From Candidatus Velthaea sp. (lineage in GTDB: Bacteria; Vulcanimicrobiota; Vulcanimicrobiia; Vulcanimicrobiales; Vulcanimicrobiaceae), in contig JBEKHC010000065.1 of NCBI GenBank assembly GCA_050012475.1, forward strand, positions 1-30,230: 30,230 nt of DNA, given 5' to 3'. This document shows positions 7,248 through 16,224 of this stretch, in pieces. A program made the translations under genes and the position numbers. Position 1 is the stretch's first letter. Each line of letters starts with the position of its first letter. The notes beneath the pieces were generated by a model. That model searched no databases, was not told the DNA's origin, and saw only the letters and a program-made list of their open reading frames with translations.

Positions 7248-9032
7248 TTAGACCATCGCTCGCGCCCGGAGCGGGCCGGGACGGACGCTGCCGCTGCGCA
7301 GCACGACGCGGGCGTGACTGCCGCCGTCGGAGCGTTCGGAGACCGTGAAGTCGATGCTCAACGCCGCGATCAAAAAGAGCCCGCGGCCGTTTTCGGCCAG
7401 CGGATCGGGCGGCAGCCGGCTGATGTGGTAGAAGCCGCTGCCGCGATCGAGCACGTGGAGTACGCTGTACGGTCCGCCGTGATCGATGATGACTTCGATC
7501 ATCTCGGCGTGGGCGGCGTGCCGCACGACGTTGCCGATCAGTTCACTGAAGATGAGCTCGGCGTTGCCGTGATCGTCGGCGCCGAATCCGCGCTGCTCGA
7601 GCGATGCGACGAAGGCCTCGCGCACGGTGCGGGCCGCGTGCGGGTCGAGAACGTCGAATTGCCAGCGTTCGATGAGGCGTTCGGCTTCGGCGCAATCGGT
7701 GCGCACGACCAGCAGTGCGACGTCGTCGAGCGCACCGTCGGGTATCACTTGGTGGCGAATGGCGTTGGCGGGGTGCGGGCTGGGGGCGGGGGCGAATGCG
7801 GCCGCAGCTTCCGCCAGCGCTTGGCTGCCGGCGATCACATCGCGACCGGCTTCGGTGACGCCGTCGGTGTACAGTACGAGCGCGTCGCCTTGCGCGAGCG
7901 GAATGCTGGTGGGTTGCCCGCGATGGTTTTCCCGCAGCCCGATCAGCAGCGTGGAAGCGTCGTGGAGTTCGCGCACGCTGCCCGTGCTGGAGACCAGCAG
8001 CGGGGGCGGGTGACCGGCCGACGCATAGGTGATTTTGCGCATGACCAGATCGATGAGCCCCACCCAGGCCGAAACGTAGACGCCCGGATATTCCAGACAC
8101 AGCGCGCGGTCGGCGGCGTCGAGGATGAGCATCGGGTCGGCGTGCAACTGCGAGATGCCGCGCATGACTTGACGTGCCACGCCGACGACGACGGCGGCCT
8201 CGAGCCCGCTGCCGGCGACATCGCCGATTGAGACCAGGATCCGTCCGTCGGTGAGATGCACCGCGTCGTACCAATCGCCGCCCACCTGCGCCTCGCCGAG
8301 GCCCGGTTCGTAGACGGCGTCGAACGCGCAGCCGCGAACGCGCGGCAGGCCGACGGGCAGAACCGCCCGCTGAAACGTCGTCGACCATTTGCGCTCGCGT
8401 TCGGCCTCGAGTTCCGCCGCGCGCTGCTGCTCCCCGGCGTGCAGCAGGCGCAGCTCTTCGGCGAGTTTGCGGGCCGTGATGTCGCTGATTGCCGCCAGCG
8501 TGAAGGTTACGGCGCCGGTTCGGACCGGATTGAGGCCGATCTCGACGGGCACTTCCGTGCCGTCCTTGCGCCGGGCGTACAGATCGCGCCCGGCGCCCAT
8601 CGGCCGCGCGATCGGCGCGCCGCTGAAGCTCGCGCGCAGGCCGGCATGGCCGCGGCGAAAGCGCTCGGGCACCAGCATGTCGATCGATCGGCCGAGCAGT
8701 TCATCACGCCGGTAGCCGAACAGCTTTTCGGTTTGCGCGTTGACCAGCGTGATACGGCCGCGCTCGTCGACGACGACGATCGCACTGGGCGCCGCCTCGA
8801 CCACGAGATTGAAGATATTCTCGCTTTCCGTCTCGAGCGGCGGCTGCGCCGATCCGAGTTTGAGCAGCAGTGCGTCCAACCCGGCAAGCGAGGCGAGCAC
8901 CTCGCGCAAGCTTTGCTTGTCGGGCTCGCGTTCGCGGGCGATGACCGCTTTGAGGTCGCCGATCGCGGCGGCGATGTCGCCGCGCAGCTCCGCAAGCGTT
9001 TGCTCCAAGGCGCTCACCTCTGGGGCGTTCAC
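7248..9032 (-). CDS. Pseudo-DHp + PAS + SpoIIE/PP2C phosphatase + RsbW-type HATPase protein (paralog 2)
   Basis: Same motifs as paralog 1; intact DRGSG and ENGRGLFLI G-boxes. Confidence 0.87.
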   Translation of the reverse strand: MNAPEVSALEQTLAELRGDIAAAIGDLKAVIAREREPDKQSLREVLASLAGLDALLLKLGSAQPPLETESENIFNLVVEAAPSAIVVVDERGRITLVNAQTEKLFGYRRDELLGRSIDMLVPERFRRGHAGLRASFSGAPIARPMGAGRDLYARRKDGTEVPVEIGLNPVRTGAVTFTLAAISDITARKLAEELRLLHAGEQQRAAELEAERERKWSTTFQRAVLPVGLPRVRGCAFDAVYEPGLGEAQVGGDWYDAVHLTDGRILVSIGDVAGSGLEAAVVVGVARQVMRGISQLHADPMLILDAADRALCLEYPGVYVSAWVGLIDLVMRKITYASAGHPPPLLVSSTGSVRELHDASTLLIGLRENHRGQPTSIPLAQGDALVLYTDGVTEAGRDVIAGSQALAEAAAAFAPAPSPHPANAIRHQVIPDGALDDVALLVVRTDCAEAERLIERWQFDVLDPHAARTVREAFVASLEQRGFGADDHGNAELIFSELIGNVVRHAAHAEMIEVIIDHGGPYSVLHVLDRGSGFYHISRLPPDPLAENGRGLFLIAALSIDFTVSERSDGGSHARVVLRSGSVRPGPLRARAMV

Positions 9033-9045
9033 CGTTCGCGGGAAA

Positions 9046-11811
9046 CTACCTCATCGCGAGCGCGCGCAACAGCGCCGGCCGCATGCGTTCGGAGCGTTCT
9101 CCGCCGCGCAGCACGACACGCGCGTGGCTGCCGCCGTCGGGCCGTTCGGAAACGGTGAAGTCGACCGAGAGGGCCGCGATCAAGAACAGCCCGCGTCCGC
9201 TTTCGGCGTACGGATCGGGCGGCAGCCGGCTGATGTGATGGAAACCGCCGCCGCGGTCCATCACGTGCAGGACGCTGTAGAGGCCGCCGTGGTCGACGGC
9301 CACTTCGACTTCATCGCCTTGCGCGTGGCGCACGACGTTGCCGATGAGTTCGCTGAAGACCAGCTCGGCGTTCGCGCAGTGGTCGGCGTCGAAACCGCGC
9401 CCCTCGAGCGATTCGATGAAGTGCGTGCGCGCGTCGCTGGCGGCCCGGCCGTCGCGAACGTCGAATCGCCAGCGCTCGATGTAGCGTTCGGCTTCACGAT
9501 AGTCGGTCCGCACCACGAGCAGGGCGACGTCGTCGGCTGCGCCGTCGGGGATGACCTTGCGCCGAATCGCGTTGGCGGGATGGCGCGTCGGTTTCGTGAC
9601 TAGGGACGCCGCCGCTTCGCGCAGCGCGCGGCTGCCTTCGATCATGTCGCGGCCGGCTTCGGTCAGGCCGTCCGTGTAGAGCACCAGCGTGTCGCCGCGC
9701 GCGATCGAAACGGTGCTGGCTTGACCGCGGTGCCCTTCGCGCAAGCCGATCAGGAGCGATGTCGCATCCGGCAGCTCGCGCACGTCGCCTTCGCGCGAGA
9801 CCAGCAGCGGCGGCGGATGTCCGGCTGAGGCATAGGTGATCGTGCGCGTGACCAGATCGATCAGCCCGACCCACGCGGACACGTAAACCCCCGGATACTC
9901 CAAACACAGCGCGCGGTCTGCGGCGTCGAGGATGAGCATCGGATTGGCGTGCAGCTGGGAGATTCCGCGCATGATCTGGCGGGCGACGCCCACGACGACG
10001 GCGGCCTCGAGTCCGCTGCCGGCCACGTCGCCGATCGAAACGAGGATCCGCCCGTCCATGAGTAAGACCGCGTCGTACCAATCGCCGCCGACTTGCGCGT
10101 CGCCCAGACCCGGCTCGTAGACGGCGTCGAACGTGCAGCCGGCGACCTTGGGCAGCGCGAGCGGCAGCACCGCGCGCTGAAACGTCGTCGACCAGCGCCG
10201 CTCGTGTTCGTATAACCGCTCGCGTTCTTCGTTGCGGGCCGATTCTTTTTCATCGTGCAGTTGTTCGGCGAGGCTGCGCATTTGGGTGACGTCCCAATTG
10301 ATGCAAACCATGCGGATCGGCCGCTCGACGTTGTTGCGCACGGTCGTCGCCTGCGCGCGGATTGCGTGGACCTCGCCGTTGGGCCAAACGATGCGGAACT
10401 CGGTGTCGAAGTGCTCGCGGCCGGCGAGCGCCGTGTAGAGCAGCTGCATGACCCGTGCCCGGTCCTCGGGATGGAGCGCCCCTTTCCAGGTTCCGAAGGC
10501 CGGCCGAGCCGCTTGCGGGTCGAGCCCGTAGAGCGCGAACACGTGCGCGTCCCAGGTCATGGTTTCGGCGTTGACGTCCCATTCCCAAATGCCGACCTTG
10601 CCGGCTTGCGTGGCGAGCGCGACGCGCTCGATGAGCCGCTCGCGTTCGCGCTCGTTTTCTTTTTGCTCGGTGATGTCCTGAAAGATGCCGACGAGCGCGG
10701 TCACGACGTCATCGGCATCGCGTTCGCCGCGGCCCGAACAGCGCACGTCGCGAAACGTGCCGTCGGAACGCAGGACACGCGTTTCGTACGTAAACGGTTC
10801 GCCGTTCAGCGTCGCGTGGTGAACGATCGCCGCGACGTCGACGCCTTGCGGATCGAACAGCGACAACGAGCTTTCCAGCGTCGGAACGAAACTCGGCGGC
10901 AATCCGAAAATCCGGTAGACCTCCGCCGACCACACGATATCCCGGGTCGCAAGATCGAAACGCCAATGTCCGTAGCGCGCGATCTCTTCGGCCATCGTCA
11001 TCAGCCGATTCGCGCTCAGCAGCGCTGTTTCGGCGGCGCGCTGCTGGTCCGCGGCTGCGCGGCGTTCGGTGATGTCGGTGATCGATGCGACGACGACGGG
11101 CCCGTGCGGCGTCTGGGTTGCATTGAACGTTACTTCGGCGGGAAACGCGCTGCCGTCACGGCGCTGCCCGGTCAACTCTTCGCGCGCGCAAAAATCGGAC
11201 AAAGCCGCACTGTGCTCGAGCGCCGGCAGCGCATTTCGATAGGCCGGCAGATCGATTCCTTGACCGGTCAACAATCGCTCGAGCGGCAAGCCTGAGATCG
11301 TTCCGGGACGGTAACCGAAGATGCGTTCGGCTTGCGGGTTGGCCAACGTGATGACGCCCGATTCATCGATGATGAGCATGCCGTTGGGCGCCGCGTCGAC
11401 GATGACGCGGCGTTGCTCTTCGGCGAGCGAACGGTCCGTGACGTCGCGCGTGATCTTGGCGAATCCGATGAACGTACCGTCCTCATCGTGCAATGCCTCG
11501 ATGACGGCGCTTGCCCAGAAACGCTCGCCGTTCTTGCGGACGCGCCAGCCTTCGCCTTCGTAGGTGCCGGCGGCACGGGCGGCGGCAAGAATCCGGTTCG
11601 GCTCGCCGCGGGCGACGTCGTCGGCGGAAAAAAAACGGGAGAAGTGCTGCCCGACGATCTCGCCGGCCTCGTAGCCCTTGATGCGCTGCGCGGCGCGGTT
11701 CCAACTTGCGACGGTGCCGTCGACATCGAGCATATAGATGGCGACGTCAACGATGCCCTCAACGAGCAAGCGATACGAAATATCGCTCGTCAACCGCGGA
11801 GCGAAGCTCAC
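9046..11811 (-). CDS. Multi-PAS (about 4) + SpoIIE/PP2C phosphatase + RsbW-type HATPase protein (paralog 3)
   Basis: GAGGAAG before GTG; four PAS/PAC repeats (SWNRAAQRIKGY, ANPQAERIFGY, WSAEVYRIFG, WDAHVFALYG); PP2C and HATPase motifs DRGGG, ESGRGLFLI. Confidence 0.87.
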   Translation of the reverse strand: MSFAPRLTSDISYRLLVEGIVDVAIYMLDVDGTVASWNRAAQRIKGYEAGEIVGQHFSRFFSADDVARGEPNRILAAARAAGTYEGEGWRVRKNGERFWASAVIEALHDEDGTFIGFAKITRDVTDRSLAEEQRRVIVDAAPNGMLIIDESGVITLANPQAERIFGYRPGTISGLPLERLLTGQGIDLPAYRNALPALEHSAALSDFCAREELTGQRRDGSAFPAEVTFNATQTPHGPVVVASITDITERRAAADQQRAAETALLSANRLMTMAEEIARYGHWRFDLATRDIVWSAEVYRIFGLPPSFVPTLESSLSLFDPQGVDVAAIVHHATLNGEPFTYETRVLRSDGTFRDVRCSGRGERDADDVVTALVGIFQDITEQKENERERERLIERVALATQAGKVGIWEWDVNAETMTWDAHVFALYGLDPQAARPAFGTWKGALHPEDRARVMQLLYTALAGREHFDTEFRIVWPNGEVHAIRAQATTVRNNVERPIRMVCINWDVTQMRSLAEQLHDEKESARNEERERLYEHERRWSTTFQRAVLPLALPKVAGCTFDAVYEPGLGDAQVGGDWYDAVLLMDGRILVSIGDVAGSGLEAAVVVGVARQIMRGISQLHANPMLILDAADRALCLEYPGVYVSAWVGLIDLVTRTITYASAGHPPPLLVSREGDVRELPDATSLLIGLREGHRGQASTVSIARGDTLVLYTDGLTEAGRDMIEGSRALREAAASLVTKPTRHPANAIRRKVIPDGAADDVALLVVRTDYREAERYIERWRFDVRDGRAASDARTHFIESLEGRGFDADHCANAELVFSELIGNVVRHAQGDEVEVAVDHGGLYSVLHVMDRGGGFHHISRLPPDPYAESGRGLFLIAALSVDFTVSERPDGGSHARVVLRGGERSERMRPALLRALAMR

Positions 11812-12116
11812 CTTCCTCGCCCCTCGAACGCAACACGTGCCCTAGTTGCTTGTCGTACGGTACGGCCCACAGGTCCCCCGATTCCGGCTGATCCAATCAG
11901 AATGGCCCGTCGGCAGCAATGTGGCAACCCACTTGCAGCGGATTCACGGTTAAGATTCTCCGAAACGTGCATGTGCGGTACACCTTTCGGGCGCCATGCA
12001 CGCGGACGCCTCTTGTAGCGAACTCCGGTCCGAAGCCGACACGCAGCGCCGGCTTGCACAGGGGATTGACCTCGCCGACCGCAAAGAAATTTACTTTCGC
12101 ATGCCTCGGAGGCGCT

Positions 12117-13070
12117 ATGCTCCCGTTAGGTTTTTTGCCCGATACACGATTTCCCGAAGCACGGATTGAGCCGCTGGACAAGCGCTTCACGCCCAAAATC
12201 GGCAACACCGGGATCGAACGCATCGCGACCGGTTTTCGCTGGGCCGAAGGACCGGTTTATTTTCGCGACGGCGGTTACTTCGTCTTTAGCGATATTCCCA
12301 ATAACCGCATGATGCGCTGGCTCGAAGAAGACGGCCATCTCAGCGTCTTTCGTTCGCACTCGAATTACGCCAACGGGAACACCCGCGACCGCGAGGGCCG
12401 GCTGGTCAGCTGCGAACACGGCGCGCGCCGCGTCACCCGCACCGAACTCGACGGAACGATCACCGTGTTGGCGGACCGCTTCGGCGGCAAGCCATTCAAC
12501 GCGCCCAACGACGTCGTCGTGGCTTCCGACGGCGCCGTGTGGTTCACCGATCCGGGCTACGGCAGCCTCAACGACCACGAGGGCAACAAGGGCGAACTCG
12601 AAATTCCCGTCGCCGTGTATCGCCTCGATCCCGTCAGCGGCAAGGCCGTGGTCGTGGCCGACGATTTCGTGCGGCCCAACGGATTGGCGTTTTCACCCGA
12701 TGAGAAACAGCTCTACATCGTCGACAGCGGCATCACGCACGGTGGACCGGCGCACATCCGCGTTTTCGACGTTCATGGGCAGACGCTGCGCAACGGCAAA
12801 GTGTTCGCCGAAGACTTCGCGCCCGGACTCACCGACGGCATTCGCCTCGATCTCGAAGGCAATGTTTGGGCCAGCATGGGCTGGGGCGATCCTGCGGAGG
12901 ACGGCGTGCGCTGCTACGCGCCGGGCGGCGATCTCATCGGCAAGATCCACTTGCCCGAAACCGTCGCCAATCTGTGCTTCGGCGGCGCCAAACGCAACCG
13001 GCTCTTCATCGCCGCGAGCACCTCGATCTACACCGTCTACGTCGACGCAAAAGGCGCCCAGGTTCCGTAA
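12117..13070 (+). CDS. SMP-30/gluconolactonase/LRE family protein
   Basis: GGAGG RBS before ATG 12117; WAEGPVY, FSDIPNN, NAPNDVVV, WFTDPGYG, PNGLAFSPDE, TDG, NLCFGG motifs. Confidence 0.9.
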   Translation: MLPLGFLPDTRFPEARIEPLDKRFTPKIGNTGIERIATGFRWAEGPVYFRDGGYFVFSDIPNNRMMRWLEEDGHLSVFRSHSNYANGNTRDREGRLVSCEHGARRVTRTELDGTITVLADRFGGKPFNAPNDVVVASDGAVWFTDPGYGSLNDHEGNKGELEIPVAVYRLDPVSGKAVVVADDFVRPNGLAFSPDEKQLYIVDSGITHGGPAHIRVFDVHGQTLRNGKVFAEDFAPGLTDGIRLDLEGNVWASMGWGDPAEDGVRCYAPGGDLIGKIHLPETVANLCFGGAKRNRLFIAASTSIYTVYVDAKGAQVP

Positions 13071-13075
13071 ATCCG

Positions 13076-13414
13076 TCAGCCGCCGGCGCGTTTGACGCGC
13101 CGGCCGCGTTCGAGAAAATAGGCGACGACCGTGTCGCGATGATCGCCCTGTAATTCGAGCACACCGTTTTTCGTCGTTCCGCCGGTGCCGCACATTCGGC
13201 GCAGTTCTTTTCCCAATGCGTCGATCTCGCCGGCGGCGAGGCCGTGCACGAGCGTTACCGCGCTGGCGCGGCGTTTCTCGCGCAGCACGCGGACGATGCC
13301 GTCGTCGGGCAGTGCTTTGGCCGCCGGCCCGGGCACCGGCTTGCGTTTGGGCGGCTTGGGCAACGGCAGCGATCCGTCCGTCGAGTAGACCAAACGCCGG
13401 TCATCGTCGGGCAT
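13076..13414 (-). CDS. yciH: Translation initiation factor SUI1-family protein (YciH-like)
   Basis: RLVYSTD...DGIVRV...VTLVHGL...CGTGGTTKNGVLELQGDHRD...VKRAGG; start placed at MPDDD (13414). Confidence 0.85.
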   Translation of the reverse strand: MPDDDRRLVYSTDGSLPLPKPPKRKPVPGPAAKALPDDGIVRVLREKRRASAVTLVHGLAAGEIDALGKELRRMCGTGGTTKNGVLELQGDHRDTVVAYFLERGRRVKRAGG

Positions 13415-13427
13415 CGAATGCGTTCCG

Positions 13428-14180
13428 TCAGCCGATCGGACCGAGGGTTTCGCGAAAAAATCCGACCGCGTCGGCGTACGCGCGGTCGGTCTCGCTCGGA
13501 TTCCAGCGCAAGCCTTCGTCACGCATGAAGGCGTGCTCGCCGTCGTACATCGCGATCGTGTAGTCGGTGCCGCTCTTGGCAAACGCCGTTTGAATCGCGG
13601 TGATTGCATCGAGCGGGATGTGCGGATCTTTCGCGCCGAACGCGAGCGCGATGCGGCCGGCGATCGCGCCGTTTTCGACGTGCACGAGCGTGTCGGCATC
13701 GGTGCTGCCGCCCAGCGTGCTCGTGTGCAGACCGGTCGGATAGAACGCAACGGCGGCTTTGACGTCGGGCTGCAGCGCGGTTCGCACGGCGAGATGGCCG
13801 CCGATGCAGAAGCCCGTCACACCCAGCGCCGCCGAGCGCACGCGCGGATAGCCGGCGAGAAATTCGAGCGACGTGCGGGCGTCGGCATCAAAATGCGCGG
13901 CGAGCGTCGCCTGGGATGCGCGAAATGCGTGTTCGCGATCAGCGAACGGTATCACGGTGCCCGGCGCTTCGGTCCGATGATAGAACTCCGGCGCGACGAC
14001 GACGAATCCGTAGCTCGCAAACCGCATCGCGGCGCGGACCGTCGGTTCGGTCAAGGCAAAAATATCGGCGTACAGCAAGATGCCGGGGAAATGGCCGCCG
14101 GCCGTCGCCGGTTCCGCGACGAGCACGCGCATCGGCGTGTATTGGGCCGGGACGTCGACCGAGGAGGTCTTGACGATCAT
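13428..14180 (-). CDS. Dienelactone hydrolase family protein
   Basis: DIFAL, GFCIGGH nucleophile elbow, DPHIP, EHAFMRDEG; start placed at MIVK (14180). Confidence 0.9.
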   Translation of the reverse strand: MIVKTSSVDVPAQYTPMRVLVAEPATAGGHFPGILLYADIFALTEPTVRAAMRFASYGFVVVAPEFYHRTEAPGTVIPFADREHAFRASQATLAAHFDADARTSLEFLAGYPRVRSAALGVTGFCIGGHLAVRTALQPDVKAAVAFYPTGLHTSTLGGSTDADTLVHVENGAIAGRIALAFGAKDPHIPLDAITAIQTAFAKSGTDYTIAMYDGEHAFMRDEGLRWNPSETDRAYADAVGFFRETLGPIG

Positions 14181-14218
14181 CCGGCGCGTTTCGCGCGCAG
14201 CGTCGGCGCCGCCCGTCG

Positions 14219-14689
14219 TCAGAGGCGGATGGTTCGCGCGACCTCGGGGTCGGCTTGCAGTTCGGCCACCTCGGCTGGGCTGGGCAGCTGAGGCCGGTCG
14301 CGTTCGGAGCGCACCAAGCATAAAAAGCCCATCGGTTCGTCGTCCGCGGCGCGAAACTGGTGCCAGGTCATGGGCGGGACCCGGAACAGGTCGTAGGGGC
14401 CGAAGGGCGAGACGCGCGTGCCTACGACCGCGATTCCGCTGCCGCGCAGGATCATCACCGCGTGGACGTGCTCGTGCCGTTCGAGGGTCGTGTGCCCGCC
14501 GGCCGCGACCTCGAAGTAGCGCCACTGGCACCCCATCTCCGGCTCGTCGAAGAGCACTTGCCGGGTCACGTCTTTGAACGGCGCGCTTCCCTCGGCCTTA
14601 TAGGCGAGCACGTCGACTTCGGACCAGCGATAGCCCTGGGCGGCGTCGGAAAACGAACGGGGAACGGCGAGATCGGGGGCGGTTTTCAT
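14219..14689 (-). CDS. Cupin, probable methylthio-xylulose-5-phosphate methylsulfurylase
   Basis: YK.EGSAPFK.VTRQVLF...RYFE..GGHTTLERHEHVH...WHQF...GFLC; ATGA-coupled to the RLP. Resembles the R. rubrum MTA-isoprenoid shunt cupin from memory. Confidence 0.8.
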   Translation of the reverse strand: MKTAPDLAVPRSFSDAAQGYRWSEVDVLAYKAEGSAPFKDVTRQVLFDEPEMGCQWRYFEVAAGGHTTLERHEHVHAVMILRGSGIAVVGTRVSPFGPYDLFRVPPMTWHQFRAADDEPMGFLCLVRSERDRPQLPSPAEVAELQADPEVARTIRL

Positions 14690-15777
14690 GTCTGGGCCAC
14701 TTTCGCCACGAATTCGCGACTCCGTTCCAAGAGGGCGTTCCCCGCCGAGAGCAACCCGCCGCCGATGAGCAGCATGACCTCGCGGCCGTAGAAGGCGACC
14801 ATCTCCTCGACCCGATCGATGGTCATCCCGCCGGCGGGGACGGGGAAGGCCGGCCGCAGGCCGTCCCACGGCCCGCGCGCTGCGGCGGCGATGTCGCGGC
14901 ACTCCTGTTGGCTGTAGGAGAAGCGGCCGCCGTAATTCGGATAGATCACCGCATCGGCGCCGAGCAGCCGGAAGAAGCGGCCGAAGAGCCATGCCGGCGA
15001 GATCCTCGTGGCGCCGCCGAACGCCGGATGAGCCAGGAACAGCAGGTCGGGATAGCCTTCGACGAGTTCGTGAAAGGTCGCGGCACCGATGACCAGCGGC
15101 GCGACCAGCACGATCTTGATGCCCAAGTCGCACGCGGTGCGCGCCCGCTCGTGCAGCGCGCGCGGCGGACCGACGAGGCTGGGTGCGTACAGCACCTCGC
15201 GGCCGGTGATCTGGGCGGCTTCACGAATGGCGCGGCGGCAGGCGGCGGCACGTTCGGCGAACGGTGCGGCGACTTGATCGGCGATGCCGTGATCGTCCTT
15301 GATGACGTCGATCTCGGCCAGCGCGAACGTCCGGCACAGCGCGGCCAGCGTTTCGATCGACGAGCCTTGCGGCTTGAGCGCGGTGCTCGTCAACGGCCGG
15401 TCGACGACACCGAGCAGCGCCCGCAATCCCGCGATCCCGCCGCGCGGACCGCCGAATTCCGCGACGAGTTCGGGCGGAAATACGACGTCCTCTAGCCGCA
15501 CGTCCTCTTGCAGCGAACAGTTTCCGAACAGCATGCTGATGAGCTGTGCGACATCACCGCCGACGGTCTCCGTGGCCAGTCCCAGGACGACGCGGAAGCG
15601 GCCGTCACCGTCCGGCTCGATCGACTCCACCCGGCCGACGATCTCATCGCGAATGCGCTGCTCGCGCACGGCATCGAGCGGCATCTCGATGCTCTGCTCG
15701 ACGGCCAGCGCCTCCGCGCGGCGCGCGATATCGGCTGCGGGAGAAGCGATGCTATAGGTAACGCGCAGGCGGCTCAT
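14686..15777 (-). CDS. RuBisCO-like protein (form IV RLP), probable methylthioribulose-1-phosphate isomerase (DeepYkr type)
   Basis: AVEQSIE, LFGNCSL, FGGPRGGI.GLR, TALKPQG, DVIKDDHG (KDDH rather than KDDE), LAHPAFGG, PVPAGG, GGG motifs. Confidence 0.9.
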   Translation of the reverse strand: MSRLRVTYSIASPAADIARRAEALAVEQSIEMPLDAVREQRIRDEIVGRVESIEPDGDGRFRVVLGLATETVGGDVAQLISMLFGNCSLQEDVRLEDVVFPPELVAEFGGPRGGIAGLRALLGVVDRPLTSTALKPQGSSIETLAALCRTFALAEIDVIKDDHGIADQVAAPFAERAAACRRAIREAAQITGREVLYAPSLVGPPRALHERARTACDLGIKIVLVAPLVIGAATFHELVEGYPDLLFLAHPAFGGATRISPAWLFGRFFRLLGADAVIYPNYGGRFSYSQQECRDIAAAARGPWDGLRPAFPVPAGGMTIDRVEEMVAFYGREVMLLIGGGLLSAGNALLERSREFVAKVAQT

Positions 15778-15955
15778 GCGTGGCGGCTCATGCCTATACA
15801 AGCACGGCACCCGTTTGCCGAATCCCTTTCTTCACTGCGCGCGGGCCCAGCAGGCGAAGCAATGCTCGCGGCGCATCTACCGCCGCAATGCGCATGAAAT
15901 CTTTGAAGGTCACGACGGCGGGCCCGGTGCTGGCCGCGAAATAATCCGGCAGCGC

Positions 15956-16177
15956 GTGGATGGCAGCGGCGGTCCGGATTCCTGGCATCCGTTGTGGTAC
16001 GGCGTCGGCGCGGTGCTCGGCGTGATGATGGGCGTGGCCGTCGGCGGATCGTTCGTCAAGGAACGCGGCCGGCGCGTGCTGCCGGCGGTCATCGTTTCGA
16101 CGATCGTCGTCGCGGCGGTCGTCGGTTGGGCGCTCAATTTCGTGATGTACGCGTTTTACGCGAGCGCCTTTCACTAA
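15956..16177 (+). CDS. Small two-TM hypothetical membrane protein
   Basis: Two hydrophobic segments separated by a basic loop (KERGRR); start (GTG 15956) uncertain. Confidence 0.45.
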   Translation: MDGSGGPDSWHPLWYGVGAVLGVMMGVAVGGSFVKERGRRVLPAVIVSTIVVAAVVGWALNFVMYAFYASAFH

Positions 16178-16224
16178 AACCGGCCGGTTGGGAAGAGCTC
16201 CACTCGCGCCGAACCCCAGTCCCT

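Noticed and set aside
256..11295. Long plus-strand ORFs (e.g. 256-1386, 1513-2577, 5028-7106, 7176-8231, 10255-11295)
   Set aside because: Antisense shadows of well-supported minus-strand genes in GC-rich DNA; no recognisable motifs.
11888..11900. CTGAT-cca-ATCAG as an FNR/FixK box
   Set aside because: Spacer is 3 nt rather than 4, and the outer bases differ from TTGAT-N4-ATCAA.
14686..15777. RuBisCO / CO2 fixation
   Set aside because: KDDH instead of KDDE, Gln at the second catalytic Lys position, short length and no cbb genes indicate a form IV RLP.
15794..15950. SAM or other riboswitch upstream of the RLP, or a short ORF VTFKDFMRIAAVDAPRALLRLLG
   Set aside because: No recognisable riboswitch core; the peptide is too short to assign.
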